Of a stretch of 38,567 nt of DNA, positions 17,601-26,830 are shown one piece after another. A program made the position numbers and the translations under genes. Every line of letters starts with the position of its first letter. Position 1 is the stretch's first letter. The notes beneath the pieces were generated by a model. It searched no databases. It was not told where the DNA came from and was given only the letters and a program-made list of their open reading frames with translations. This stretch comes from a virus (lineage: Duplodnaviria > Caudoviricetes), in the IMG/VR virus record IMGVR_UViG_3300038312_000128, positions 1-38,567 of that record; one strand, given 5' to 3'.

Positions 17601-20600
17601 TTGTAAGGATTTTCATATATAGGTACCAGGTTATCTAAAACATCACTAATAAGCAACAATTGGTCTGCCGGATTAGCAATATCCTTCATGAACAATTCCG
17701 GATATAAATCCGACAATTCTTGATATAAGCTGTCAATACTCATGCCATCATTGGTTATGTTCATTCTTCCGAAATTTTTCTTTCTAAAGTCATTCCATCC
17801 GCCCACGGCATCAAAATCACCTTTATACTTATCATCGATGGCAATTGCCGTATTTCTCATGGTATTCCTTAAATCAGAATATTGTTTATACATTGCATCG
17901 TTTAATGCAGAAGCATTTTCGATAATATCCCTTGCTACCTCAGTAATAATCGTCTGAGCTTCATCGTATTCCATATCACTATTAACCATACCCATATATA
18001 CGTTATACAGTTTAGTTTCAAGCTCCGCAGATGAATATTTACTGCTGTAATCCTTCAAAATAGCTTTTGCAAGCCCTCTTACAGCCTTTTCATCAAGTTT
18101 AACACCTTTTGTCAGCTTGAATTGTTCCTTGAGCCTTGTCACGGTATTTTGAAGCTTTTCTACATCCTTTGTAGATTTATTGTCCCTTAATTGATATCTT
18201 ATATCCGGACTATCTGTTGGAGTTTTATTGTCGATTAGTTTTACTTGATTGCCATCAAAAATTATGTATGATTTTGATGTCCCTTTGCCTTCATACCAAT
18301 TAGGATACTCAATGCCATCATAACCTTTATTACTCAGCAACTCTCTCAAAGCTTTGTTTGCTTTTGAATAATACCCTTCATGATTGCTATTGCCCAACTT
18401 AATCAAGTCTTGGTATTCTTCTTTTGTTATAGCACCTACGTCTGCCAACCTAACCGCTAAGCCACTCAATGCATTCCAATTACCACTATCAAAATTTACC
18501 TTCAAAGGATTTTTTAAATTGATATACGCCTCGATAATTCTTGCATTAGCACCCTTGCCGACTTTCGTTATAGCTTGAGTTTTGTTTCCAAGATGGAATC
18601 CAATATCACCACTTCTGAAAGAATTGAATTGTGCTGTTGTGCCGTGATACATAACCTTCAATCTGCCCTGTCCATCCCTAACAACTGTATCTTTATAGAA
18701 TTCAGCCTGTTCTTTGGTTAAATCTCTTCCTTGACTATCCTTCAAGCTAAATTTAACACCCTTAACATAATTAACCTTTTCGAGCCTATCGCCTTCAACC
18801 TTTTCATCATACTTAATGACTTTTATATTTTTTTCCTTTAGCTGTTGTAATAACTCTTTATCAGTTCTCTTCGGAGCCACTATTGCAGCAACTTCATCAA
18901 ATCCGACTGCTCTTTGTGGTTTAGCTTCAAAGTATTCTGTAGGCATATCTTTTAAAGAATTAAGGAAATCAAGCGCTTGTTTTATCATGAAATCAGGAAT
19001 ATCATTTACCTCATAACCATCTTCTTTCAATTCCGCTTTAAATATAGAAGGTACAATGCTACCCTTTTTAGCTGTTTCAAACATCGCGATATCAAAAGCA
19101 TCCGAAGAACCATACATACTTTTATGGTATTTTGAAAACCAACTATTTAATTTATAATACTCCTGGTTAGCCTTTTCTTTTATTTCCCTAAATTCCTCAG
19201 GCGAAACAATCTTATTCTTATCATGTTTAATATCTTTTATAGATTTAAACTCTTTTGTCATGCCCGCCCTTACATTGCCTAAGCCATACATGAAGCCTTC
19301 TTCGCCCCTAACATCACCTTTCATTAACTTAATAATGGTATCAAGTGTATATTCGTCATTAAGTTGCTCAAAAGACCTTCTGTAGCCAGATGGAGTGAAA
19401 GGATCTTTATCGTTTCTGACACCTTTTTTCTCAATAATACCTTCTGATAAATTAGTCAACCAATCTCTATAAGATTTTTTAGGAGTGACTTTATTTAACT
19501 TTTCAATCGTTTTATGATAATCAATTTCTTTGTTAGCTCCTTCTCTTGTATATCTGCTAACTTGTTGCAATAAATCATCCATAGTGCCAAATCCCATAGG
19601 TTCTTTGTAGACAAGAACTTCATACAGTCTATCATCTTTTATTTTAGATCGATAGAACTCATTAATAATGCTTCTTATTTCAGGCTCCCATCTCATGGTG
19701 CTGTCTAAACCTCTGAATAAAACTGATGCTTCTTCATCGCCTAAGTGTTTCTTTATTTTCTCCAAAAGTGGAACTTCCCACTTGCCGAAAGTCTTTTCTT
19801 TCATAACAGGCTTAAAAGCAATACCTTTTTCTTTTAAAAATGCAAGTTTTAATAATGGTTCGTCAATGTACCCTTTAACGAAATCTCCATTTGCTTTGGA
19901 GGATTGAAGCGTATTCGTTATATTGCTATCATCTAAACTAATTCTGAATTCTTTTCTGTATTCTTCATTGGTTAGCTTATTTATTTTTTCTTTAATTCTG
20001 TTAACTACCTCAAAATCAAGCTTATAATTTATATACGGAAATCTCTTAGAGTACACATCGCTGCCAAACACCCTGTTTCTTCTATCCGATTGAGGATCTA
20101 TAGTATCTTTTGTAAATATAACTGATATTTCCCCAAAATTATCATGCCCTTGCTCTGCTTTTGTTATAGCAATAGAAGGCACAGGAAATCCGCCTAATTC
20201 AAGCGTACCTTTTAATTTTTCCTCTGTAATGTTATGTATAGCAATCAAGTCTTTTGTTTCTTCCACCGGAGCTTTAAGGCTGAAAACTCTTTTAGCTTGA
20301 CTGTCGCCTTCGGGAATTCCTGCCCATTCATAATAATTTGAAGGCTGTGTACGCCACACTCCATGAACTGTATCAATTTCAGAATAAGAATTTGTATACA
20401 CTCTTATAGAATCCATTATGTATTTTTGTTCAATTAAATCTAAACCAAAATCAAATATTCTTCTATTCTCAGTTATCAACATTGCACTATGAGCGCCAAA
20501 ATCAACTAATCTATTTTTGATGAAGTTTCTAAAATGCTTGCTATTCGAACTTCGCATTTCGCTTAAAGGCATACCGTTAGGTATCATTTGCAACCCTGTT

Positions 20601-23600
20601 ATTGCTCCCCTTGCATCCAAATAGAGTAAGTAAGATTTATCATCTACAAACTGCATTGACTTTGCCAAGGATGCAATTTTATTCATGCTAATAGTCCCAT
20701 CGGAATCCTTAGTGTTGTAATCTAATATTTTATTGTATACAGAAGGCTGCTTGTGATAGTCTATCGATTGTTGGTCTATATCTCTTACGGATGTTTCGAT
20801 GCCATTGTATTTATTAATTGTTATTGTTGCATATTTGTTGGAATTAATTACTATGTGACCTATGAACCCATCAATTTTATTAGCAAAGAATTTAGTCAAG
20901 TGCCTATCATTGCTCGATGGATTAGGATTGCCGCTTGGATGATTGTGCAGTATGAAATAGCCATCAGCTTTAAGGCGTTTCATCCTGTCTTTTATTTTAT
21001 CCATGCCACCATAAAAGGCTTTTTCGTATTGTGCGCCTGTTACTTCGGATTGCTTAGGTAAATTCGGTATTGATTGAGATATTCCAGGAATTCTACTGCT
21101 TACAGCCTCATGACCGACTATCGTGTATGTACTGTCATTGTAATCACCTAAAAATTCATCATGAATTATCTTCTTTTTTTCTTTTACATAGACATATCTA
21201 AGCGTTTCAAACCTTGGATCTCTATATATTTGCATGATCTGTGCAAGATCCTCGAAAGACTTGAACTTCCTGCCATTAAAATTAACATATCCTGTAGTTA
21301 TAAAATCCCTTGTTAAACCGTCAGCGATGGTTACTATACCGCTATTATCCTTAGTTGAATATCTAACCCTATTCAAATCATAAAGTGCTTCTGATGCCAT
21401 TTTTAATGATGACTTGTCTTTTCTATATACATCATGATTAGCAACCAAAGCATTTTCTATATTTTTAAGAGAATATTTTGTAATCTGCTCAGGAAATATA
21501 AAGCCATCCTCTTGTAAGAATTCCGCAATTTCATCTACAGTATTTCTCTGTGCATCCATCATCGGAGTATCATTTTTATCAAATACAGTTATTTGATATT
21601 TACCGTCTTTAATAGATGGAGTGACCGTTGCGTACATACCAAAGGAACCCTTAAATTTACCCGTCTTTATGCCGTCAACTTTTTCTCTTAGCCATTTTGT
21701 CCGGCGTTCAAACTGTTCCTCCCATTTATCCGTTTCCTTGAAAGGATGGTATGATTTTTCATTAAATGGATTATCTTTTAACGATTGCTTCTTGTCTGTT
21801 TTAGAATTGGATTTCTTTTCTGTTTCTGAAACACTATTCAAAGCATTAACCCATAATCTCTCAGCTTCTCTTAACTGTTCTGTATTTAGCCAACCTTCAG
21901 TAAATCCTGATACTTTAAGCGCATCTTCAATTTTATCTATAAGTTTTCTAAGCACATCAAGAATTTTTTGACCCAAAGTCTTATTTTCTGCAACTAACTC
22001 ATTAATCGCTTTTTCATCCGTGAGGAATAGCTCTGTAGCATCTGCAACTAATTCATCCTCTATGCCGTTTTTATCAATACTCTGCCCTGCATTTTCATAC
22101 AGCTTAACCATATCATCATATTTAGCTTGATATGTTCCGTTTTCTTTCATAGCTTGCAATACATAATCTTTGTATTCCTTATAGAGCTTTGGACTTTCCT
22201 TCTCTAACACATGAGTTAATTCATGCTTTGCAACTACCATAAACGGATTGAAGGTATCAAGTGCTATTTCTATTGAATCTGTTGTCGGGTCATATTGTCC
22301 ATTTGCGAACCCTGCCTCTTGACCGGAAGGATCGTAAATTGTTTCGACAAACTTAAATTTAGTATTTGTCGCTTTGCCTATCCTGTCTAAAATATCATAG
22401 ACTTTTGGATATTGCTGTCTTACTCTATTATCAACACCATTATAGACAACTCCGCTTTTCTTGCTTACAACTTGTTGATAATTTGTTGATAAGCTATGTA
22501 CGAATAATTTTCTGCCATTGTCTGTCCTTCTGATGTCCATTGTAATTTCGTATGGAACACCATTAATATTTACTGTACCTGTAATATTTGCATATGTCTT
22601 TTTACTTGACGGAGTATCAGAATTATCAATAACCGTAAATTCTCCGTTTTGAACTAAGTCAACCATGTTTGCCATAGCAGCAACCTTGATTTCATTATCC
22701 TGGTTCTTTATATATTTATCATCTGCCTGGAATGTTTGATTAATCGTTGCCCTCGATACTTCGATATTCATACCGGAGCCTTTATTTAAAATAGGTTTTG
22801 ATGTATTGCTGTCAGAAATTATTGAATTTTTATAAAATTCGTAAACATTCTGTTTAACTTCACGGGCATTATTTATGTTTTGTATGCTAAATGTAGACAA
22901 AACAGGATTAACCGTTTTAGAGGCGTTATTTTCAGCTTTGACAAATTTTTGTCCTTGTTCGACTGTTTGTTTGTTGGCATTATTTTCGTTAGAGAAAAAC
23001 GTTTCTTTTTGCCCCTCTAAATTCAATAGCTTGTCAGTTTCGCTCTCGAACATAATTCCATCTTGTCTTGCAGAATTAATAACCCATATTTTTGTATTGT
23101 CATCGATATTTACATTGTCATCCCGCATTTGATTAACCCTTTCAAGTATAGGAGAATCTTCCGGAAGAGAATTGACAGTATTTTTATATTCCTTGTCTAT
23201 GATTTTGGAATATCTATTATTGAGGGCTGTATTTACTCCTACCGCTCCTCCACCCATAAGACCGCCAACTGTAGCTCCTACCGCTCCTGAGAACGCCATT
23301 TCTTTAGGATTTATAATTGCCTGCTCCTGCATGGAGAATAAAGGCATATCTTTATCATAAGCAACCTTTTGACCTATATTCTCTATAGGATACTGCACGA
23401 TTTCTTCAAAGCCTTCCTCTAATGCAGATTGTAGCATCGCTCCTGCTACACCTTTTGTTTTGTTTGCCAGGATATTGGTTATATTTTCGATACCACCGCT
23501 AACCTCAATCAAAGCAGAAGGTACACCGCCGATTATAGCAGACTTTAAAGCCTGCTCTCTTGATGCACCCTCATTTACGCCTTGCAAATATTGATTACCG

Positions 23601-24226
23601 ACCGATGTAACCATTGACGAGTATAATGCAGGATTACTTTTTAAACTCATCGCCACTGTTCGTGCAGCATTTAATGTTGTAGGATTTGCTAAACTTGCAG
23701 CATTTGCTACTAATTGAGTACCTTTTGCTGTTGTAGGTACAAGACTTCCTGCGGCGGCTGCAGGATTCATTAACGCAAGTGCTATTGTTGGAATTCCTTG
23801 ACCTATACCCTGAGCCACGCCCCCTGCGAATTCATGTCCTTGATTAAGCATTGCTAATTCTTCATCAGATTTTTTATAATAATCTTTGTAGCTGTCTAAA
23901 AGTTTATTTACAGGCTCTATTCCTAATCCACCTAATGTTGCATCTGCCACTCCTACTATTCCACGAGGCAACATATTTATTCCGTAATTAACATTTTTAA
24001 AAGCTGTCTTTACAGTTTGTTCCTTCCAATAATCCGTCGGCTCAGGCTCAGGTTCAACATATCCTCTTTCTTTTCTAATATCTTCCCATTTTCGCTGTTG
24101 TGGTTTTGGATCTGCTACTAAAAATCCTTGATTTATCATTTTGTTTGCATTATTTTGTACAGGATTAGAAAAGGAGCGTACCTTTTCCTCGCGCTCCCTT
24201 TTTATTTCTTCCCATGATTTAGCCAT
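14642..24226 (-). CDS. Giant (3194 aa) polyvalent protein, probable DNA-ejection/internal virion protein
   Basis: Gly/Ala-rich hydrophobic N-terminus, HELTH zincin motif, HNHPSG..PS..D JAB/RadC motif, YHGT ART-like motif, helical C-terminus; lies in the virion operon. Confidence 0.8.
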   Translation of the reverse strand: MAKSWEEIKREREEKVRSFSNPVQNNANKMINQGFLVADPKPQQRKWEDIRKERGYVEPEPEPTDYWKEQTVKTAFKNVNYGINMLPRGIVGVADATLGGLGIEPVNKLLDSYKDYYKKSDEELAMLNQGHEFAGGVAQGIGQGIPTIALALMNPAAAAGSLVPTTAKGTQLVANAASLANPTTLNAARTVAMSLKSNPALYSSMVTSVGNQYLQGVNEGASREQALKSAIIGGVPSALIEVSGGIENITNILANKTKGVAGAMLQSALEEGFEEIVQYPIENIGQKVAYDKDMPLFSMQEQAIINPKEMAFSGAVGATVGGLMGGGAVGVNTALNNRYSKIIDKEYKNTVNSLPEDSPILERVNQMRDDNVNIDDNTKIWVINSARQDGIMFESETDKLLNLEGQKETFFSNENNANKQTVEQGQKFVKAENNASKTVNPVLSTFSIQNINNAREVKQNVYEFYKNSIISDSNTSKPILNKGSGMNIEVSRATINQTFQADDKYIKNQDNEIKVAAMANMVDLVQNGEFTVIDNSDTPSSKKTYANITGTVNINGVPYEITMDIRRTDNGRKLFVHSLSTNYQQVVSKKSGVVYNGVDNRVRQQYPKVYDILDRIGKATNTKFKFVETIYDPSGQEAGFANGQYDPTTDSIEIALDTFNPFMVVAKHELTHVLEKESPKLYKEYKDYVLQAMKENGTYQAKYDDMVKLYENAGQSIDKNGIEDELVADATELFLTDEKAINELVAENKTLGQKILDVLRKLIDKIEDALKVSGFTEGWLNTEQLREAERLWVNALNSVSETEKKSNSKTDKKQSLKDNPFNEKSYHPFKETDKWEEQFERRTKWLREKVDGIKTGKFKGSFGMYATVTPSIKDGKYQITVFDKNDTPMMDAQRNTVDEIAEFLQEDGFIFPEQITKYSLKNIENALVANHDVYRKDKSSLKMASEALYDLNRVRYSTKDNSGIVTIADGLTRDFITTGYVNFNGRKFKSFEDLAQIMQIYRDPRFETLRYVYVKEKKKIIHDEFLGDYNDSTYTIVGHEAVSSRIPGISQSIPNLPKQSEVTGAQYEKAFYGGMDKIKDRMKRLKADGYFILHNHPSGNPNPSSNDRHLTKFFANKIDGFIGHIVINSNKYATITINKYNGIETSVRDIDQQSIDYHKQPSVYNKILDYNTKDSDGTISMNKIASLAKSMQFVDDKSYLLYLDARGAITGLQMIPNGMPLSEMRSSNSKHFRNFIKNRLVDFGAHSAMLITENRRIFDFGLDLIEQKYIMDSIRVYTNSYSEIDTVHGVWRTQPSNYYEWAGIPEGDSQAKRVFSLKAPVEETKDLIAIHNITEEKLKGTLELGGFPVPSIAITKAEQGHDNFGEISVIFTKDTIDPQSDRRNRVFGSDVYSKRFPYINYKLDFEVVNRIKEKINKLTNEEYRKEFRISLDDSNITNTLQSSKANGDFVKGYIDEPLLKLAFLKEKGIAFKPVMKEKTFGKWEVPLLEKIKKHLGDEEASVLFRGLDSTMRWEPEIRSIINEFYRSKIKDDRLYEVLVYKEPMGFGTMDDLLQQVSRYTREGANKEIDYHKTIEKLNKVTPKKSYRDWLTNLSEGIIEKKGVRNDKDPFTPSGYRRSFEQLNDEYTLDTIIKLMKGDVRGEEGFMYGLGNVRAGMTKEFKSIKDIKHDKNKIVSPEEFREIKEKANQEYYKLNSWFSKYHKSMYGSSDAFDIAMFETAKKGSIVPSIFKAELKEDGYEVNDIPDFMIKQALDFLNSLKDMPTEYFEAKPQRAVGFDEVAAIVAPKRTDKELLQQLKEKNIKVIKYDEKVEGDRLEKVNYVKGVKFSLKDSQGRDLTKEQAEFYKDTVVRDGQGRLKVMYHGTTAQFNSFRSGDIGFHLGNKTQAITKVGKGANARIIEAYINLKNPLKVNFDSGNWNALSGLAVRLADVGAITKEEYQDLIKLGNSNHEGYYSKANKALRELLSNKGYDGIEYPNWYEGKGTSKSYIIFDGNQVKLIDNKTPTDSPDIRYQLRDNKSTKDVEKLQNTVTRLKEQFKLTKGVKLDEKAVRGLAKAILKDYSSKYSSAELETKLYNVYMGMVNSDMEYDEAQTIITEVARDIIENASALNDAMYKQYSDLRNTMRNTAIAIDDKYKGDFDAVGGWNDFRKKNFGRMNITNDGMSIDSLYQELSDLYPELFMKDIANPADQLLLISDVLDNLVPIYENPYNRDLNQAVEYLAFEIFDGMTSVQEAKPTFADRKKVEKQKAVESERQKSKERIKALRNKNADDVAWLKYQNKEKLTEVLNKEKAKRDEAVAKVRKQYQDSAYKTWWRNKINENDIKSHYQEMIKELRANRDEKLEQQKAKYKERVSGIYEDRKIRQAKDRIRNMTKKLSKMLRNPTQKQHIPKALDKTTAELLAMLDFTTDKQNENTQLKLRDLRAEFEKIAKVSDEDGLSAAADPYIVEALETLHGKRIADMNLQEIEVLRDIVGYFENMVRTYNKAFRNGKWVEISTLSENILNDLKTNAPINDSAYGGILYFKDMMNWGMLTPQMYFERMGNTFNSLYDDFRVALDVKINNTKIAQDYMKNLLKNVGQKELQSWSDYFWQVVDKSKNSQISEWTGRRAEIKSIKLDSGATIELTQSQLMSFYLLMKREQARGHIFGLGVKAAPIVAVNDKGIKYVKKQFEPVKITLDDATKMIAMLTKEQRRIADGIGKFMNTYSKQWVNEATLQNYGYELAKEENYFPIKVDRDFLKSDFDNTNLDPTFTSMGFLKATVKGAGNAIVLEDVFDVFTEHTDKAATYNAFIGITESTKKIVNYKTQDNSIKQAMNKKFGIQAFNYLKKFMVDLQGGIRTEGGSPVVSSLIRNSKRAVLGLNLRTIIQQPTAIVRASALIDVDYLIKGVAMKSNKAEMLEKSPIARWKSWGYFNLDTGRSMKDIILDTVPILDKQYEGMQIADDITWTKIWNAVKLEIENNEPGLKVGSAEYFEAVNYRFNEIIDKTQVVDTVMHRSDAMRQSDSSWKMLTAFMSEPTKSYNLLLNAVEKYNSNKSAENKKALTRTFSAWTATMLVNTLVISIFDMWRKKEDDEETFKDKWLDNILNDITGYIPIVRDIYSLFEGYSVKRMEYNGIERIVRAINRSKKYIEEMAEDEKHSYPLRLITKDWIESIAYVFGIGAINVSKDLQALLKNYTKWIDDEGVVNDIYEFMFKK

Positions 24227-24232
24227 GCTATA

Positions 24233-25378
24233 TCACTCTCCTTGTTTTGAGATTGTTCCGTAGTCCTTTAATATTTTTATTACTGAGGCATATTCTTCAT
24301 CGCTCAAATATGCCGCATTTTCTCTTAGCCATTCAGCTGCATTCGGAGCTTGCATTGCGCTACTTATAGCAGCACGGATGTTATTTTGTCTATCTGCTTC
24401 TTGCGCTTCTTTTGTTCTTGCCTCTAACTGCCCCATGACCGTGTTAGGATAATTAGCTTCTAAGTCTTTTTGGTATCTTTCGTAATTGAATTGTTTTTCC
24501 TTATCCTCACGGCTCAATCTATCCTGTTCTGCATTATAGTTGTATGCTCTGTCTTGAGTGAATACATTTCTATTGTAGTCCCTTGAATCTGTACCTACAT
24601 CCCAATCAAATCTTGATTGTCTGTATTTATTATCAATATCAAGTTGTGACAAGTTATCTTCCCGGGTTCTGTCATTTATGAATTTCTCATAATCGAATTG
24701 CTCTCTTGCGAATTCTCTGTTATAAGCTAAATCATCCCTTGAATCGCCGTATTCTTTATTACGCCACATATCTTGATTTCTTAATTGAGTATCTTCTCTT
24801 TGGAAGTTGAATTCATTCAGATAATCCCTGTAATCAAATTCCCTGTTTGTATTATACCTGTCAAAAGCTTGTTGCTCTAAAAGAGGAATCATATCAGCCG
24901 TTTTCTTTGCATACGCTTGTTGTGTTTGAGCGTTAGCGGCCGCAGCAAAACTTGAAGGCATACCACCTGTAGCAGCAGACGTATCCGCCAAAGCTCTTTC
25001 GCTTGCCGCTTGACCTTCTCTTTTAAATTTATCAGCATATATTTGATATGACTTATCCTTATCAGGGTTGTATGCAAAATCCTTATAAGAAAAAGACTTG
25101 TAATCAGGCATATTTAGAATAGGATTTAATTCAGCTCCCGTAGCACCGCCATAATACCCATCTTCCTTCCGGATGTTATTAGCATAGTTATTCCAATATG
25201 CTCTATCTTCATCTGTAGCAGCATTCATGTAATTATTTTTAGCCTTTAAGATACCGCCTAAATCATTCGAATACATTTTGTCATAGTCAGACATTCCACC
25301 AAGCAACTCTTTATAATTAGTGTTTGCAGGTTGCTTTTTCTTTTTAATAGCAGCTCCAATAATAGAACCTAAAGCCAT
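24233..25378 (-). CDS. Probable internal virion/ejection protein
   Basis: A..GG..SS.AAAA..Q.Q motif, D/R/Y-rich helical repeats; upstream of the giant gene. Confidence 0.55.
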   Translation of the reverse strand: MALGSIIGAAIKKKKQPANTNYKELLGGMSDYDKMYSNDLGGILKAKNNYMNAATDEDRAYWNNYANNIRKEDGYYGGATGAELNPILNMPDYKSFSYKDFAYNPDKDKSYQIYADKFKREGQAASERALADTSAATGGMPSSFAAAANAQTQQAYAKKTADMIPLLEQQAFDRYNTNREFDYRDYLNEFNFQREDTQLRNQDMWRNKEYGDSRDDLAYNREFAREQFDYEKFINDRTREDNLSQLDIDNKYRQSRFDWDVGTDSRDYNRNVFTQDRAYNYNAEQDRLSREDKEKQFNYERYQKDLEANYPNTVMGQLEARTKEAQEADRQNNIRAAISSAMQAPNAAEWLRENAAYLSDEEYASVIKILKDYGTISKQGE

Positions 25379-25390
25379 ATAAATACCTCC

Positions 25391-25747
25391 TTATTCAACT
25401 AATTCAATGAAATCCATAATCGCCCACACTATCTTAGGTTGCAGGTTATTGTTTTTTCTCAACTTAAATTTAGGATACTGTAATTTAAAATCGATATCCT
25501 TGTTTTCAAGTTTAGATATTTCATCGAAAAACTTTAATTTATTGGCATCCAAAACAGTGTATGCTCCTGTTTCATCTGCGCTTCCAAGTTTTATAATCGT
25601 TTTATTCCTCTGCAATTCAAAATTCTCCGCAATAGGACTTAATTCTTTCATAATCATGCCTATATCAAAGCCTTCCTGTGTTGTAAATATTAAATTTCCC
25701 ATTTCTTTAAAGCTGTTGTATGCGGCCACAATATCTTTTACTTTCAT
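25391..25747 (-). CDS. Hypothetical protein (possible fibre chaperone)
   Basis: ORF with GGAGG RBS after a fibre-like gene. Confidence 0.6.
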   Translation of the reverse strand: MKVKDIVAAYNSFKEMGNLIFTTQEGFDIGMIMKELSPIAENFELQRNKTIIKLGSADETGAYTVLDANKLKFFDEISKLENKDIDFKLQYPKFKLRKNNNLQPKIVWAIMDFIELVE

Positions 25748-25756
25748 AAAATCCTC

Positions 25757-26830
25757 CTATGCTTTTTTCAAAAATCCATTACTATCAAACACTACCTCAA
25801 AACCTTTTATTTTAATCGTGTTAGACGATAAACCTAAATCAATATTACCTCGAAAAATATGATTATATGTTCCGCTCTCCCTAAAATCATAGTAAGACGA
25901 ATAACTATTATCACCTATAACCACTTGTCCATTTAAACCGGACGTAACCTTCAATAACATTCTTTGTGTTGTATACATTATTCCGCTTGTAACACTGTAA
26001 GGATTTAAAACATATAGATTTCTTAATAATATATTTCCGCTGCTATCTGCTTTAAATACCTCATAACTGCTTGATGGAGAACTATAAATAACTATTTTCC
26101 CACCGCCCAACTCCAATACGCCGCTTGAGGAAATACCAACCGTTTTAGTTGAGCCATCCATAATTTTAAAACCACCATTCTTAACAGTCAGCCCGCTATT
26201 ATCAAATACAAGCTTAGTAGCGTTAATAGCTGCTGTTATGCCTGTAGTTGTTTGTTGTATGGTAGATATATTGCCCTCTGCATCACTTATCCTTGTTGTA
26301 AGGCTGTTAGCCGTTTGAGTAACAGTCGAAATATTGCCTTCAGCCGTTGTAAGCCTGCTCGATAAACTACTTGCCGTTTGAGTAACCGTGCTTATATTGC
26401 CCTCTGCTGTCGTTATTCGGCTTGTCAATGTTTCGGATGTCTGTATTACTGTACTAATATTGCCTTCTGCATCTGTAATCCTTGAGCTTAAACTGTTTGA
26501 TGTCTGAATTAATGAGCTTATATTACCTTCTGCATCCGATACCCTTAATTCAATAGCTGTAGAAATTTGAGATAAAGAAGAAATGTTCCCTTCTGCATCA
26601 CCTAATCTCGTTGAGAAGAGTTCAGATGTGAGGATTAATTCAGCAACATTTCCGAAATTATCAGTCAATCTTTTATTGAAATTAGTTGACAGGTTTTCAA
26701 AGTCAACATTCTGCATACCGTACTCTATTTCTTTACGGAGCATAAAATAATTGTCTAAGAGCATTTCTATTTTTTGGTCTACAGACTTAGCTCCATTTAC
26801 GTCAGGTATTGGAGTTGTTATCATCGCCAT
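25757..26830 (-). CDS. Tail needle/fibre-like protein with six 21-aa coiled-coil repeats
   Basis: (D/T)AEGNIS(S/T)xxQT..SL..R repeats, then a beta-rich C-terminal domain. Confidence 0.7.
   Translation of the reverse strand: MAMITTPIPDVNGAKSVDQKIEMLLDNYFMLRKEIEYGMQNVDFENLSTNFNKRLTDNFGNVAELILTSELFSTRLGDAEGNISSLSQISTAIELRVSDAEGNISSLIQTSNSLSSRITDAEGNISTVIQTSETLTSRITTAEGNISTVTQTASSLSSRLTTAEGNISTVTQTANSLTTRISDAEGNISTIQQTTTGITAAINATKLVFDNSGLTVKNGGFKIMDGSTKTVGISSSGVLELGGGKIVIYSSPSSSYEVFKADSSGNILLRNLYVLNPYSVTSGIMYTTQRMLLKVTSGLNGQVVIGDNSYSSYYDFRESGTYNHIFRGNIDLGLSSNTIKIKGFEVVFDSNGFLKKA

Noticed and set aside
14642-24226. Giant ORF as tape measure protein or virion RNA polymerase
   Set aside because: No tail tube or chaperone genes and no recognisable polymerase motifs; enzyme-like modules fit a polyvalent protein.
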